Assembly (NCBI GenBank): GCA_018400015.1
Contig: JAGYNB010000002.1
Coordinates: 116,555-180,554, forward strand
Reading direction: 5' to 3'
Source of the DNA: Candidatus Omnitrophota bacterium
GTDB taxonomy: Bacteria > Omnitrophota > Gorgyraeia > Gygaellales > Gygaellaceae
Length of the DNA stretch: 64,000 nucleotides
The notes under the pieces: model-generated
What the model was told of the DNA's origin: nothing
Database searches by the model: none
What the model saw: only the letters and a program-made list of their open reading frames with translations
Shown: in pieces, positions 44,127-53,541 of the stretch
How the letters are laid out: each line of letters opens with the position of its first letter
Numbering within the stretch: position 1 is the first letter of the stretch
Made by a program: the position numbers and the translations under genes

Positions 44127-45066
44127 AATAATCAAAGAACTCAAAAAACATAAAAGCTATCTAGTTGTTTCACATGTTAATTTAGAGGGTGATGCGATCG
44201 GTTCCTCGTTAGCCATTGCTTTATTATTAAAACGCTTGGGCAAGAAAGTAATTGTGATAAATGAAGATAACGTACCCGCTCAATACAGTTTTATGCCTTT
44301 TTCTAAGTTGATCAAGAAACCAAAAAAGAATTTACTTTTTGATGCGGTTGTTGCTGTTGACTGTTCTGATATCGGTCGTATCGGAAGGTGCATAGAATAT
44401 ATCCCAAAAAATAAAGTTATTATTAATATAGATCACCATTTCGGTAATGATAATTTTGGCAAGGTTAATTGGATAGAGCCAAAAGCATCCAGTTGTTCTG
44501 AAATGATTTATCAGCTTTTTAAGAAAATGTCAGTTCCTATAGATAATAAAACTGCGTATTTATTATATGTAGGGATAATGACCGATACCGGCTCTTTTAA
44601 ATATGCGAATACAACTAGTTTTACGCATAGAGTAGTTGCTGAACTTATAGATAAGAATTTGGATATACATGAAATATACAAGGATGTTTATCAGAATGTA
44701 TCAACTGATAACGCAAAGAAAATAATCAGTGTTTTGAATACTCTTCGTTTTGATAAAACTGGAAAAATAGCATATCTAGAGCAAAAGAGAAAGGATATCG
44801 CAGGCGATACTTCTACTGATTTAAGTGAATATATACTTGATTTTGCAAGAAGCTTAAGAGGGGTAGAAGTTGTTCTATTGTTTAAAGAGTCTGAAGAGAA
44901 TAATAAAATCAGGGTTAATCTCCGTTCTAAAAGCAGATATGATGTTAATCGTTTGGCAAAGATTTTCTGCGGCGGAGGGCATAGGACTGCAAGTGGTTGT
45001 ACGATCAAAGGGGATATCCGCGAAGCAGAAAGAAAATTAATCGCCGCAGCAAGAAAATTTATTTAA
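44116..45066 (+). CDS. nrnA: DHH/DHHA1 phosphoesterase (NrnA-like nanoRNase / pAp phosphatase)
   Basis: 316 aa. ...VVSHVNLEGDAIGSSLA..., ...IDHH..N..., ...GGGH..A.G... are DHH and DHHA1 motifs. Confidence 0.8.
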   Translation: MMNRIIKELKKHKSYLVVSHVNLEGDAIGSSLAIALLLKRLGKKVIVINEDNVPAQYSFMPFSKLIKKPKKNLLFDAVVAVDCSDIGRIGRCIEYIPKNKVIINIDHHFGNDNFGKVNWIEPKASSCSEMIYQLFKKMSVPIDNKTAYLLYVGIMTDTGSFKYANTTSFTHRVVAELIDKNLDIHEIYKDVYQNVSTDNAKKIISVLNTLRFDKTGKIAYLEQKRKDIAGDTSTDLSEYILDFARSLRGVEVVLLFKESEENNKIRVNLRSKSRYDVNRLAKIFCGGGHRTASGCTIKGDIREAERKLIAAARKFI

Positions 45067-45086
45067 TTTTAACTAAAGACTAAATA

Positions 45087-45977
45087 ATGAGAGTTGTAAA
45101 CGGTTTAAATGATTTCAAGGGAAAAATTTCTGCCAGTGTAATTACTTTTGGAATTTTTGACGGTGTGCATAAAGGGCACAGCTTAATTTTAAAAAAAACC
45201 GTTCATGAGGCAAAGCGTTTGAAAGTAAAAAGCGTGTGTATTACTTTTTGGCCTAGCCCGAAAAAAAGTCCGTTGTTGTATTCTTTACAGCATAGGCTTA
45301 ATTTATTAGCGCAATACGGTTTGGATATCTGTATTGTGGTGAATATAAATAAAGGTTTTTCACAAGTCAATACGGAAAATTTTGTTAAGGATATCTTAGT
45401 TAAACGTTTTCATATAAAGACAATAGTTATTGGTAAGGATTTCAGATTTGGCAAGAAAAGAAGTTGTAATGTAGATGATTTGATAAGATATGCAAAGAAA
45501 TATTCGTTTAAGGTTTTCTCTGTAGGTCTGGTAAAATACAAAAAAGAAAATATCAGCAGTACAAGAATAAGAGGTTATATTTTAAAAGGAGAGTTGCAAA
45601 AAGCAGAGAAAATGCTTGGACGCAAAGTTTCCATTTTGGGAACTGTTGTACGAGGAAGGCATGTCGCTACACGATATCTTAATTTGGCAACTGCAAATAT
45701 TAATCCGCATCATGAAGTTTTACCTCCCGATGGCGTTTATCAAGTTAATGTCGATATCTATAGCAAACATTTTAAAGGAGTTTGTTATATAGGCAAAAGG
45801 CCGACATTGAACTTAAAAAGAAAAGTAGTAGAGGTGCACATCTTAAATTTCAAGAAATCTATTTATGGAAAAGAATTATACGTTACTTTTAAGAATAAAA
45901 TACGAAACGACCGTAAATTTAGAAGTTTAATTGAGCTTAAAAAGCAGATCAATATAGATTTTTCTAAGATTTCTTAA
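45087..45977 (+). CDS. ribF: bifunctional riboflavin kinase / FMN adenylyltransferase
   Basis: 296 aa. ...VITFGIFDGVHKGH... (nucleotidyltransferase HxGH) and the C-terminal riboflavin kinase ...GRPT.N...... domain. Confidence 0.88.
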   Translation: MRVVNGLNDFKGKISASVITFGIFDGVHKGHSLILKKTVHEAKRLKVKSVCITFWPSPKKSPLLYSLQHRLNLLAQYGLDICIVVNINKGFSQVNTENFVKDILVKRFHIKTIVIGKDFRFGKKRSCNVDDLIRYAKKYSFKVFSVGLVKYKKENISSTRIRGYILKGELQKAEKMLGRKVSILGTVVRGRHVATRYLNLATANINPHHEVLPPDGVYQVNVDIYSKHFKGVCYIGKRPTLNLKRKVVEVHILNFKKSIYGKELYVTFKNKIRNDRKFRSLIELKKQINIDFSKIS

Positions 45978-46067
45978 TTTTCCCACCAAAACACACACTA
46001 TACCTAGTAAACATCCTTATTTTTAACACAACTTGTAGTATCTATTAAACTTAATGAAAATTTTGGC

Positions 46068-46096
46068 TTGACAAAGCTTATTATATTGTCTATACT
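46068..46096 (+). promoter_or_regulatory. consensus sigma70 promoter of the dcw cluster (TTGACA-17-TATACT)
   Basis: TTGACA at 46068-46073, 17-nt spacer, TATACT at 46091-46096. It is 43 nt upstream of the mraZ ATG. Confidence 0.65.
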
Positions 46097-46112
46097 TTGA
46101 ATACGGTGTCAT

Positions 46113-46130
46113 AAAGTGGGTTAAAGTGGA
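46113..46130 (+). promoter_or_regulatory. MraZ-box direct repeats (AAAGTGGG ... AAAGTGGA, 10-nt periodicity) in the mraZ leader
   Basis: aaagtggg (46113-46120) and aaagtgga (46123-46130) match the conserved MraZ operator repeat GTGG[GT] with 10-bp spacing. A degenerate third copy (acggtgtc) lies 10 nt upstream. Confidence 0.55.
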
Positions 46131-46138
46131 AGGACATT

Positions 46139-46576
46139 ATGTTTTATGGTGAATATTTACATTCAATAGACCGAAAAGGAAGACTTGTCTTACCTGCGAG
46201 ATTCAGAGAGACAGCAAAAGAAAATCTAATAGAGAAATTTTTTGTGACTCGCGGTTTGGATAAGTGTTTATTTATGTTTTCTGAGGAAGAATGGCGTTCT
46301 CAGGAACAGAAGTTTAAAGCACTTTCTTTCACTAAACAGGAAGCAAGAAAATTCAATCGTATGTTTTTCTCAGGGGCTGTAGATGTTGTTTTCGATCAGC
46401 AGGGAAGAATCTTGATACCGCAGTATTTAAAAGATTATGCCAATATTAAAAGAGATGTAATGGTCGTGGGAGTATCTAACAGAATCGAAATTTGGTCTAA
46501 AGACCTGTGGGAAGAGTTTTATAACGAAGTTCAGCCGGAATTTGAGAAGATTTCAGAAAACCTTTTAAATATATAG
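46139..46576 (+). CDS. mraZ: transcriptional regulator MraZ
   Basis: 145 aa. Two SpoVT/AbrB-like halves with ...S.D.KGR...P..FR.... and ...D.QGRILIP...... Confidence 0.9.
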   Translation: MFYGEYLHSIDRKGRLVLPARFRETAKENLIEKFFVTRGLDKCLFMFSEEEWRSQEQKFKALSFTKQEARKFNRMFFSGAVDVVFDQQGRILIPQYLKDYANIKRDVMVVGVSNRIEIWSKDLWEEFYNEVQPEFEKISENLLNI

Positions 46577-47478
46577 TGATAATGAATGAACAGTTGCATG
46601 TCCCGGTTATGGAGAATGAAGTTATGGAATTTCTGAATTTAAAGCCAGGGATGATTGTCGTTGATTGTACGGTAGGTACAGGTGCTCATGCCGAGAAGAT
46701 ATTGTCTAAGATTAGTCCTTTAGGCAGGCTTATATGTATTGATAAAGATCAAGAGTCCCTTTCGTTGGCAAAGGAAAAGCTTTCTCGGTTTAAAGATTGT
46801 GCAGAATTTATCCATTCTGATTTCAGGAATATAGATAAGGCGTTAAATAGTCTTAACATAACCAGCGTAGATGCGATTCTTTTTGATTTAGGCATTTCCA
46901 GTTATCAGTTAAAAGAAAGCGAAAGAGGTTTTAGTTTCGTTAAGGAAGGTCCATTAGATATGCGCATGGACAAAAATGCATATATTTCTGCGTATGATCT
47001 GGTAAATAACCTTAGTATTAAAGAACTTTCTGGGATATTGCGTAATTTTGGAGAGGAACGTTGGCACTATCGGATTGCTAAAACGATGATCAAGGAAAGA
47101 ACAAACAAACCGATTTCTACAACTTATCAGTTGGTAAATATTATTATGCGTTCAGTTCCGCACCATGCCAGATACGGTAAAATTCATCCGGCTACGCGCA
47201 CTTTTCAGGCATTGCGAATTGCTGTTAACCGGGAATTAGAAGCCTTGCATGAGGGACTTGAGAAAGGAATATCCCTTTTAAAGGTAGGGGCAAGGATTTG
47301 CGTGATATCATTTCATTCCCTGGAGGATAGAATTGTTAAAAGGAAATTTTTGTCTGCAGCTCACAACGGAGAAATCAATATATTAACCAGTAAGCCTGTT
47401 ATGGCTGATAGGGAAGAAGTCCAGTATAATCCACGTTCGCGCAGTGCTAAGATGCGTTGTGCAGAAAGGATAAAATGA
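46576..47478 (+). CDS. rsmH: 16S rRNA (cytosine1402-N4)-methyltransferase
   Basis: 300 aa. ...HVPVM..E.......G...VDCT.G.GAH...IL...., ...LFDLGISS.QL.....GFSF...GPLDMRMD.... Confidence 0.92.
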   Translation: MIMNEQLHVPVMENEVMEFLNLKPGMIVVDCTVGTGAHAEKILSKISPLGRLICIDKDQESLSLAKEKLSRFKDCAEFIHSDFRNIDKALNSLNITSVDAILFDLGISSYQLKESERGFSFVKEGPLDMRMDKNAYISAYDLVNNLSIKELSGILRNFGEERWHYRIAKTMIKERTNKPISTTYQLVNIIMRSVPHHARYGKIHPATRTFQALRIAVNRELEALHEGLEKGISLLKVGARICVISFHSLEDRIVKRKFLSAAHNGEINILTSKPVMADREEVQYNPRSRSAKMRCAERIK

Positions 47479-47837
47479 TTTTTAAAAGATATACAACTTG
47501 TTTGTTTATTTTTACCGGCGTATGTCTTTTTTATGTTGGTTTACAGACGCACATTATAAAAACTGGATATGCAATACAGTCAAAATTTAATATCTATCAA
47601 CAATTAGTGAACGAAAATGATTTGCTTAGTTATAGAATTAGTTGTTTATCTTCGTTTAATTCGGTTAATAAGAAATTATCTTTTAACGATTCTGAGTTTG
47701 AATTGCCTCAGGCTCATCAATATTCCAAGTTAGTAGTAAATAATAAAATTGATATTGCTAAAGCCGATTCAGGAAAAAAGAGTATTTTTGGTATATTCGG
47801 TTTCCAGAAGGAAGCCGAAGCCAAACCTGCTAAATAA
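47475..47837 (+). CDS. ftsL: FtsL-like cell division protein (single TM plus coiled coil)
   Basis: ~120 aa from the ATG overlapping the rsmH stop. TM (CLFIFTGVCLFYVGL) then a coiled-coil segment. Canonical position between rsmH and ftsI. Confidence 0.6.
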   Translation: MIFKRYTTCLFIFTGVCLFYVGLQTHIIKTGYAIQSKFNIYQQLVNENDLLSYRISCLSSFNSVNKKLSFNDSEFELPQAHQYSKLVVNNKIDIAKADSGKKSIFGIFGFQKEAEAKPAK

Positions 47838-47901
47838 AATTATTTTTTTGTAATATTGGTGTTTTATTTCTTGTCATGGATTTATACAATTGTAAATTAT
47901 A

Positions 47902-49605
47902 GTGCATAATAAAACACGTTTTCGTAGAACAGGATTAGTTTTAAGATTTGTTTTTCTTTTATTCTTTTTGCTCACCCTCAAAATTATCTATATTCAATTC
48001 TTTAGATCCGATTACCTTAAAAATTTAAGTGCGCGACAACACACTCTGTATGTAGAATTAGAGCCTAAAAGAGGTGCGATTTATGATAGGAATTTAACGC
48101 CTTTGGCCGTAAATATTCAATATGATTCGCTTTATGCGGCTCCTCAGGAGATTATGGATATTGATTCAACGGCGGGTCAATTATCCGAGATCATAGATGT
48201 TAATATAGATACAATAATAAGGAAATTAGATACAAAGAAGATGTTTATTTGGTTAAAGCGCAAGATTTCTCCGGAAAAAGTTTCGCAAATAAAGAATTTA
48301 AATATTAAAGGACTCGGTTTTATTAAGGAGAGCAGGCGTAGTTATCCTAATTTTACTATGGCAAGTAATTTATTTGGTTTTGCAGGAGTGGATAATGTCG
48401 GGCTTGAAGGGTTGGAGTTATATTACAATAATTATCTAAAGGGAGAGTCTGGATGGCGCCAGGTTTTAAGAGATGGAAAACAGAATTTGGTTTTAAATGA
48501 GAATATAGTAAATCCTGTTGACGGTTATAATTTAGTTTTGAATATTGATGAGGCGATTCAGTTTGTCGCAGAGCGCGAGATGGATGAGGTCATGTCTAAG
48601 TACAGTCCTAAAGCAGCAAGTGTATTGGTCATGGAACCATTTACAGGCAGAATTCTTGCCTGGGCAGTAAGGCCTAATTATGATCTTAATAGTCCTGCTG
48701 ACTATACGCTTGATCAGCGCAGAAACAGGCCAATAACAGATATTATTGAGCCCGGTTCTGTATTTAAAATTGTTACCGCATCTGCAGCTTTGGAAGAGGG
48801 TTTGTTTACAGAAGAAAATCAAATTTTTTGCGAAAATGGAGCGTATAGATATGCCAGCCATACTTTGCATGATCACAGGCCGCATGGCTATCTGACTTTT
48901 GCTGATGTTGTTGCCAAATCAAGCAATATCGGAGTCAGTAAGATCGCGCAAAAGTTAGGAGAACAAAAACTTTATGGATATATAAAATCTTTTGGTTTTG
49001 GTTCAAAAACCGGAGTTGATCTTTATGGTGAGTTGCCAGGTTTATTGAAAGAGCCCCGTTTATGGTCAAAGATTTCCATAACCTCGATCCCTATGGGGCA
49101 GGAAGTGGGGGTTACTGTCCTGCAGCTTTGCCGGGCGATTTCGGTTATTGCTAATGGAGGTTATCTAGTTAAACCATATCTTGTTTCCCATATTCAGGAT
49201 AATAAATCAGAGATAATAAAAATATTTAAACCTGAAATTATTACTCGGGTTATCAGCGAAAACACCGCTAAAAGGATGAGGAAGATCTTACAAAAAGTTA
49301 TAGAGGATGGTACGGGTATAATGGCTCGTTTGAAAAATTATACTGCTGGCGGTAAGACTGGGACAGCCCAGAAGATAGCAGATGACGGAACCTATTCCCA
49401 TAGTAAATTCGTTGCTTCTTTTGTAGGATTTGCCCCTGTAGAAAATCCCAAGCTTGCAATTGCCGTAGTGCTTGATGAACCAAGGCCGTACTATTACGGG
49501 GGAGTGGTATCAGCTCCGGTTTTTAAAAATATTGCCGAGTTTTCCTTAAGATATCTGGAAAGTAAAGATAAAGAAAGATTGCTGGTTTCCAATGAGGTTA
49601 GATAA
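47902..49605 (+). CDS. ftsI: peptidoglycan D,D-transpeptidase FtsI (PBP3-type class B PBP)
   Basis: 567 aa. N-terminal TM, dimerisation domain, transpeptidase motifs SVFK (...EPGSVFKIV...), SSN (...KSSNIG...) and KTGT (...GGKTGTAQ...). Confidence 0.9.
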   Translation: MHNKTRFRRTGLVLRFVFLLFFLLTLKIIYIQFFRSDYLKNLSARQHTLYVELEPKRGAIYDRNLTPLAVNIQYDSLYAAPQEIMDIDSTAGQLSEIIDVNIDTIIRKLDTKKMFIWLKRKISPEKVSQIKNLNIKGLGFIKESRRSYPNFTMASNLFGFAGVDNVGLEGLELYYNNYLKGESGWRQVLRDGKQNLVLNENIVNPVDGYNLVLNIDEAIQFVAEREMDEVMSKYSPKAASVLVMEPFTGRILAWAVRPNYDLNSPADYTLDQRRNRPITDIIEPGSVFKIVTASAALEEGLFTEENQIFCENGAYRYASHTLHDHRPHGYLTFADVVAKSSNIGVSKIAQKLGEQKLYGYIKSFGFGSKTGVDLYGELPGLLKEPRLWSKISITSIPMGQEVGVTVLQLCRAISVIANGGYLVKPYLVSHIQDNKSEIIKIFKPEIITRVISENTAKRMRKILQKVIEDGTGIMARLKNYTAGGKTGTAQKIADDGTYSHSKFVASFVGFAPVENPKLAIAVVLDEPRPYYYGGVVSAPVFKNIAEFSLRYLESKDKERLLVSNEVR

Positions 49606-51067
49606 AATACTTAAAGGTGTAAAATATAAGGTGATCAATGATAATTATCAGTATAATTTCCGGTCTTTGGACATAAAAGGTATAGTTTTTGATTCAAGAA
49701 AAGTTAAGAAAGATTATCTCTTTATTGCGATAAAAGGAGAGCTTCAGGATGGAACAGATTTTATAAAAGAAGCCCTTGCAAAAGGTGCAAGCGCGGTAGT
49801 GACCGAATCTAAGATTGGTGGGGCTTTGTTTAAGAAGGCATTGTTTTTAAGGGTAAAAAATTCTAGGAATGCTTTATTGGTTTTAGCAAACAATTTTTTC
49901 AACAACCCCGCTAAGAGGATAAAGCTTATCGGTGTAACGGGTACAAATGGCAAGACAACAATAACTTATCTTATTCAAAAAATATTAGAAAGATCCGGAA
50001 AGAACTGTGGGGTTATTGGTACTCTGGGGGTAAAGATAGGTAAAAAAACGATTGCGCTTGATAACACCACGCCTTCACCTATAGAAATATATTCGTTTCT
50101 TGATAAAATGAGTTATGCAGGTTTTAGTTATTGCGTTCTAGAAGTTAGTTCTCATGCGCTTATCCAGGATAGGGTCAATCCGGATAATTTTTATGCAGCG
50201 ATATTTACGAATTTAGGCTGGGATCATCTTGATTATCATAAGACTATAAGAAACTACTTTTTGGCAAAAAAAAGACTTTTTTTAGGGCTTAAAAAAAATA
50301 GTTTGTCTATTTTAAATGCAGATGATAAATGCATAAACGACCTTAGGTGTTGTTGCGGTGAGAAAGTAGTGACTTATGGTTTGGATAAAAGGGCTAATTT
50401 TTATGCCAGCAATATTATTCAGGATGATAATGGGCTATCTTTTAAGGTAAATTATAAAAAAAAATCTTTTAAAGTAGCCAGTAACCTTTTGGGGAATTAT
50501 AGTATTTATAACATGCTTGCAAGCATTGCCTTTTGTTTAGAGGAGAAAATTTCTGTAAAGAATATCAGTAAGGCATTAAAGAAGATCAAAGTTCCGGGTC
50601 GCATGGAGAAAATTACCGGTAAGCATGATTTATTTGGTGCGTTTGTTGATTTTGCCCACACGCCTGATGCGCTTAAAAATGTGATTATGAGTTTAAATAA
50701 AATCACAAAAAATAGACTAATAGTTGTATTTGGCTGTGGGGGAAATAGGGATATAGCAAAAAGGTCAAAGATGGGTAGAATTGCAACAGAATTAGCAGAT
50801 TTTGCAGTTATAACAAGCGATAATCCGCGTTTTGAGGCCCCAGAGAAGATTATTATGGATATTGAAAAAGGATTAAGAGGCAATAATTATAAAGTGATTC
50901 CAGAAAGAAAAAAGGCTATTCATTATGCTTTATCCATAGCAAGACGAGGCGATAATATCTTAGTTGCCGGGAAAGGTCACGAGAATTATCAGATAATAAA
51001 GGATAAAAAAATATTATTTAGCGATAAAGAACAGATTAAATTATGTTTGAAATCAAAAAGATTATAA
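49592..51067 (+). CDS. murE: UDP-N-acetylmuramoyl-L-alanyl-D-glutamate--2,6-diaminopimelate ligase
   Basis: 491 aa. Mur ligase ...GVTGTNGKTT... P-loop. It contains a ...DNPR... segment of the kind usually tied to meso-DAP specificity. Confidence 0.85.
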   Translation: MRLDKILKGVKYKVINDNYQYNFRSLDIKGIVFDSRKVKKDYLFIAIKGELQDGTDFIKEALAKGASAVVTESKIGGALFKKALFLRVKNSRNALLVLANNFFNNPAKRIKLIGVTGTNGKTTITYLIQKILERSGKNCGVIGTLGVKIGKKTIALDNTTPSPIEIYSFLDKMSYAGFSYCVLEVSSHALIQDRVNPDNFYAAIFTNLGWDHLDYHKTIRNYFLAKKRLFLGLKKNSLSILNADDKCINDLRCCCGEKVVTYGLDKRANFYASNIIQDDNGLSFKVNYKKKSFKVASNLLGNYSIYNMLASIAFCLEEKISVKNISKALKKIKVPGRMEKITGKHDLFGAFVDFAHTPDALKNVIMSLNKITKNRLIVVFGCGGNRDIAKRSKMGRIATELADFAVITSDNPRFEAPEKIIMDIEKGLRGNNYKVIPERKKAIHYALSIARRGDNILVAGKGHENYQIIKDKKILFSDKEQIKLCLKSKRL

Positions 51068-52410
51068 AAACATCCAGGGGGAAGTTGTTGCAGGGCGAAA
51101 AGTCTGTAACGGTCAGAGGAGTATCTATTAATAGCCGAACAGTGAAAAAGGGAGATTTATTCATTGCTATAAAGGGTGCAAATTACGATGGTCACGATTT
51201 TATATCTGAGGCTATAAAAAAAGGAGCATGCTCCGTATTGGTTAGTAAGAAGATCAAATCTGTGAAGAATAATATCCCTGTAGTTTTAGTAAGAGATACG
51301 GTTATTTCATTAGGTTTGTTGGCGCAGTACTGGCGAAAAGAAGTAAACCCCATAGTTATCGCGGTTACTGGTTCTAACGGCAAAACTACGACTAAAGATT
51401 TGATACATGCAGTACTAAGACAAAAACTGCCGGTATTAAAAAACGAATTGACTCAAAATAACAATATTGGGCTTCCTTTGAATCTGTTAAAGCTGAAAAG
51501 AAAACATAAAGTGGCAGTTTTGGAGTTAGGCACTAATCATCCTGGTGAGATAGCCTATCTTTCAAAAATAGCAAATCCGGATATCGGCATAATAACGAAT
51601 ATTGGATATGCGCATTTAGCGAATTTAAATAATCTGAATACGGTCTTAAAAGAGAAGGTTTCGCTTTTTAACCATTTAAGAGAAAAATCAATTTGTATTT
51701 TAAACAGAGATGATTCAATGCTCAATAAAGCAGTAGCTTCAAAACCTTTTTATAAAAAAGGTATTGTTATTACTTGTGGCATAAAAAGAAACAGCGATTT
51801 TAAAGCAAGCAGTATTAGAATTGTTAAAGAAGGTATAAGTTTTAAAGTCGGAAAGAATGTTTTTTTTCTTAAAACCCCCGCAGAACATAATATTTATAAT
51901 GCGCTTATCGCTATTGCGTGTGGTAGAATATTGGGAGTCGAGATTACAAAGGTCAAGAAGGGATTAAAAGGGTTTGTTTTTCCAAAGGGGCGTTTTAATG
52001 TTTTAAAGTTCAATAACATAAGATTAATAGACGATACATATAATGCGAATCCAGTTTCCGTTAAGAATGCTTTGGATGTATTCTCATGTATGAAGTGTCA
52101 GGGGAAGAGGATTTTCGTTTTTGGGGACATGCTTGAGTTAGGCAAAAAAGAGGCTTTTTTTCATTCTTTAATCGGTAAAAAGATTACGCAGCTTCCTATA
52201 GATATTTTTGTTTGTATTGGTAAAATGGCTGGTTTAAGCGGGTTGCAAGCTATAAAAGAAGGAATTGATAAAAACCGGGTGTTTATTTTTAATAAGCAGA
52301 GTAAGGCTAAAAAGACAATAAAAAAAATGATCTGCCAAAAAGATCTTGTTTTATTTAAAGGCTCTAGGAAAATGGGGCTTGAAAAGATTATTGAGTACAT
52401 AAAAAAATAA
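51043..52410 (+). CDS. murF: UDP-N-acetylmuramoyl-tripeptide--D-alanyl-D-alanine ligase
   Basis: 455 aa. ...AVTGSNGKTTTK... P-loop and Mur ligase middle and C-terminal domains. Positioned between murE and mraY. Confidence 0.88.
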   Translation: MFEIKKIIKTSRGKLLQGEKSVTVRGVSINSRTVKKGDLFIAIKGANYDGHDFISEAIKKGACSVLVSKKIKSVKNNIPVVLVRDTVISLGLLAQYWRKEVNPIVIAVTGSNGKTTTKDLIHAVLRQKLPVLKNELTQNNNIGLPLNLLKLKRKHKVAVLELGTNHPGEIAYLSKIANPDIGIITNIGYAHLANLNNLNTVLKEKVSLFNHLREKSICILNRDDSMLNKAVASKPFYKKGIVITCGIKRNSDFKASSIRIVKEGISFKVGKNVFFLKTPAEHNIYNALIAIACGRILGVEITKVKKGLKGFVFPKGRFNVLKFNNIRLIDDTYNANPVSVKNALDVFSCMKCQGKRIFVFGDMLELGKKEAFFHSLIGKKITQLPIDIFVCIGKMAGLSGLQAIKEGIDKNRVFIFNKQSKAKKTIKKMICQKDLVLFKGSRKMGLEKIIEYIKK

Positions 52411-52413
52411 AAA

Positions 52414-53502
52414 ATGTTTTATTACCTTTATTATTTTTTCTATCAAGTCTGGTCTCCATTAAGGATATTTAAGTATATTACCTTGCGTGCTGCCGGCGCG
52501 GCACTTACTTCTTTTTTGTTGGTTGTTTTATGCGGCCCATGGCTGATAAGGAAGTTGAAGTCTTTTCGCGTTGGAGAAAATATTCGTAAGGAAGAATGCC
52601 CGGATTTATATAAAATCCATGCTCACAAGCAAGGGACTCCTACAATGGGAGGTGTGCTGATTGTTTTTAGTATACTTTTTTCTTTATTTGTATGGGCAGA
52701 TATAGCCAATAAATATATCTTAATCAGTAGTTTTATAGCAATATGGTTGGCAATTCTCGGCTTTATAGATGATTATATAAAACTTAAACATGGCCGCGGT
52801 GCCTGTATGAATAAGCGCACTAAATTATTATTTCAGGTGGCAGCGGGTTTGGTTTTAGGGATCTTTGTTTATTTCGATCCTGATTTAAGTACTAAGCTAT
52901 ATCTACCTTTTTTAAAAAATACTTCCATTAATTTAGGATTATTATATATTTTATTCGTTGTTATTGTGCTTAGTGGTTCTTCTAATGCGGTAAATCTTAC
53001 AGATGGTCTTGATGGTTTAGCAGTGGGTAGTCTTGTTTTTGTTGCCGTTACCTATAGCGTATTATGTTATATAATCGGAAACGCCAAATTCAGCTCATAT
53101 CTGTTTGTTTCTTTTGTTCCTAATGCTGCAGAATTAACCGTATTATGTGCAGCCATAGTGGGCTCATGTCTAGGTTTTCTGTGGTTTAATTGTTATCCGG
53201 CCGATGTGTTTATGGGGGATGTAGGGTCTTTATCTTTAGGCGGTTTAATGGGAACAATTGCCATACTTATTAAAAAAGAAGTATTATTGTTGCTGGTTGG
53301 TTTTGTTTTTGTTCTGGAGGCGCTTTCGGTAATACTTCAGGTTGCTTCTTTTAAGTTAACAAAGAAAAGAATTCTGAAAATTGCACCCTTACACCATCAT
53401 TTTGAAAGGTTAGGTTTGAATGAGCCAAAGATAATAATCAGATTCTGGATTATAGGGGCAATTCTTTCCTTTTTGACACTGGCAACGTTAAAGATAAGAT
53501 GA
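52414..53502 (+). CDS. mraY: phospho-N-acetylmuramoyl-pentapeptide-transferase
   Basis: 362 aa polytopic membrane protein. ...K.GTPTMGG..., ...NAVNLTDGLDGLA... and ...FMGDVGSL.LG... are MraY motifs. Confidence 0.93.
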   Translation: MFYYLYYFFYQVWSPLRIFKYITLRAAGAALTSFLLVVLCGPWLIRKLKSFRVGENIRKEECPDLYKIHAHKQGTPTMGGVLIVFSILFSLFVWADIANKYILISSFIAIWLAILGFIDDYIKLKHGRGACMNKRTKLLFQVAAGLVLGIFVYFDPDLSTKLYLPFLKNTSINLGLLYILFVVIVLSGSSNAVNLTDGLDGLAVGSLVFVAVTYSVLCYIIGNAKFSSYLFVSFVPNAAELTVLCAAIVGSCLGFLWFNCYPADVFMGDVGSLSLGGLMGTIAILIKKEVLLLLVGFVFVLEALSVILQVASFKLTKKRILKIAPLHHHFERLGLNEPKIIIRFWIIGAILSFLTLATLKIR

Positions 53503-53541
53503 TATAATATCTTTAATTCAGCCGTCCTTAAATATAATTCG

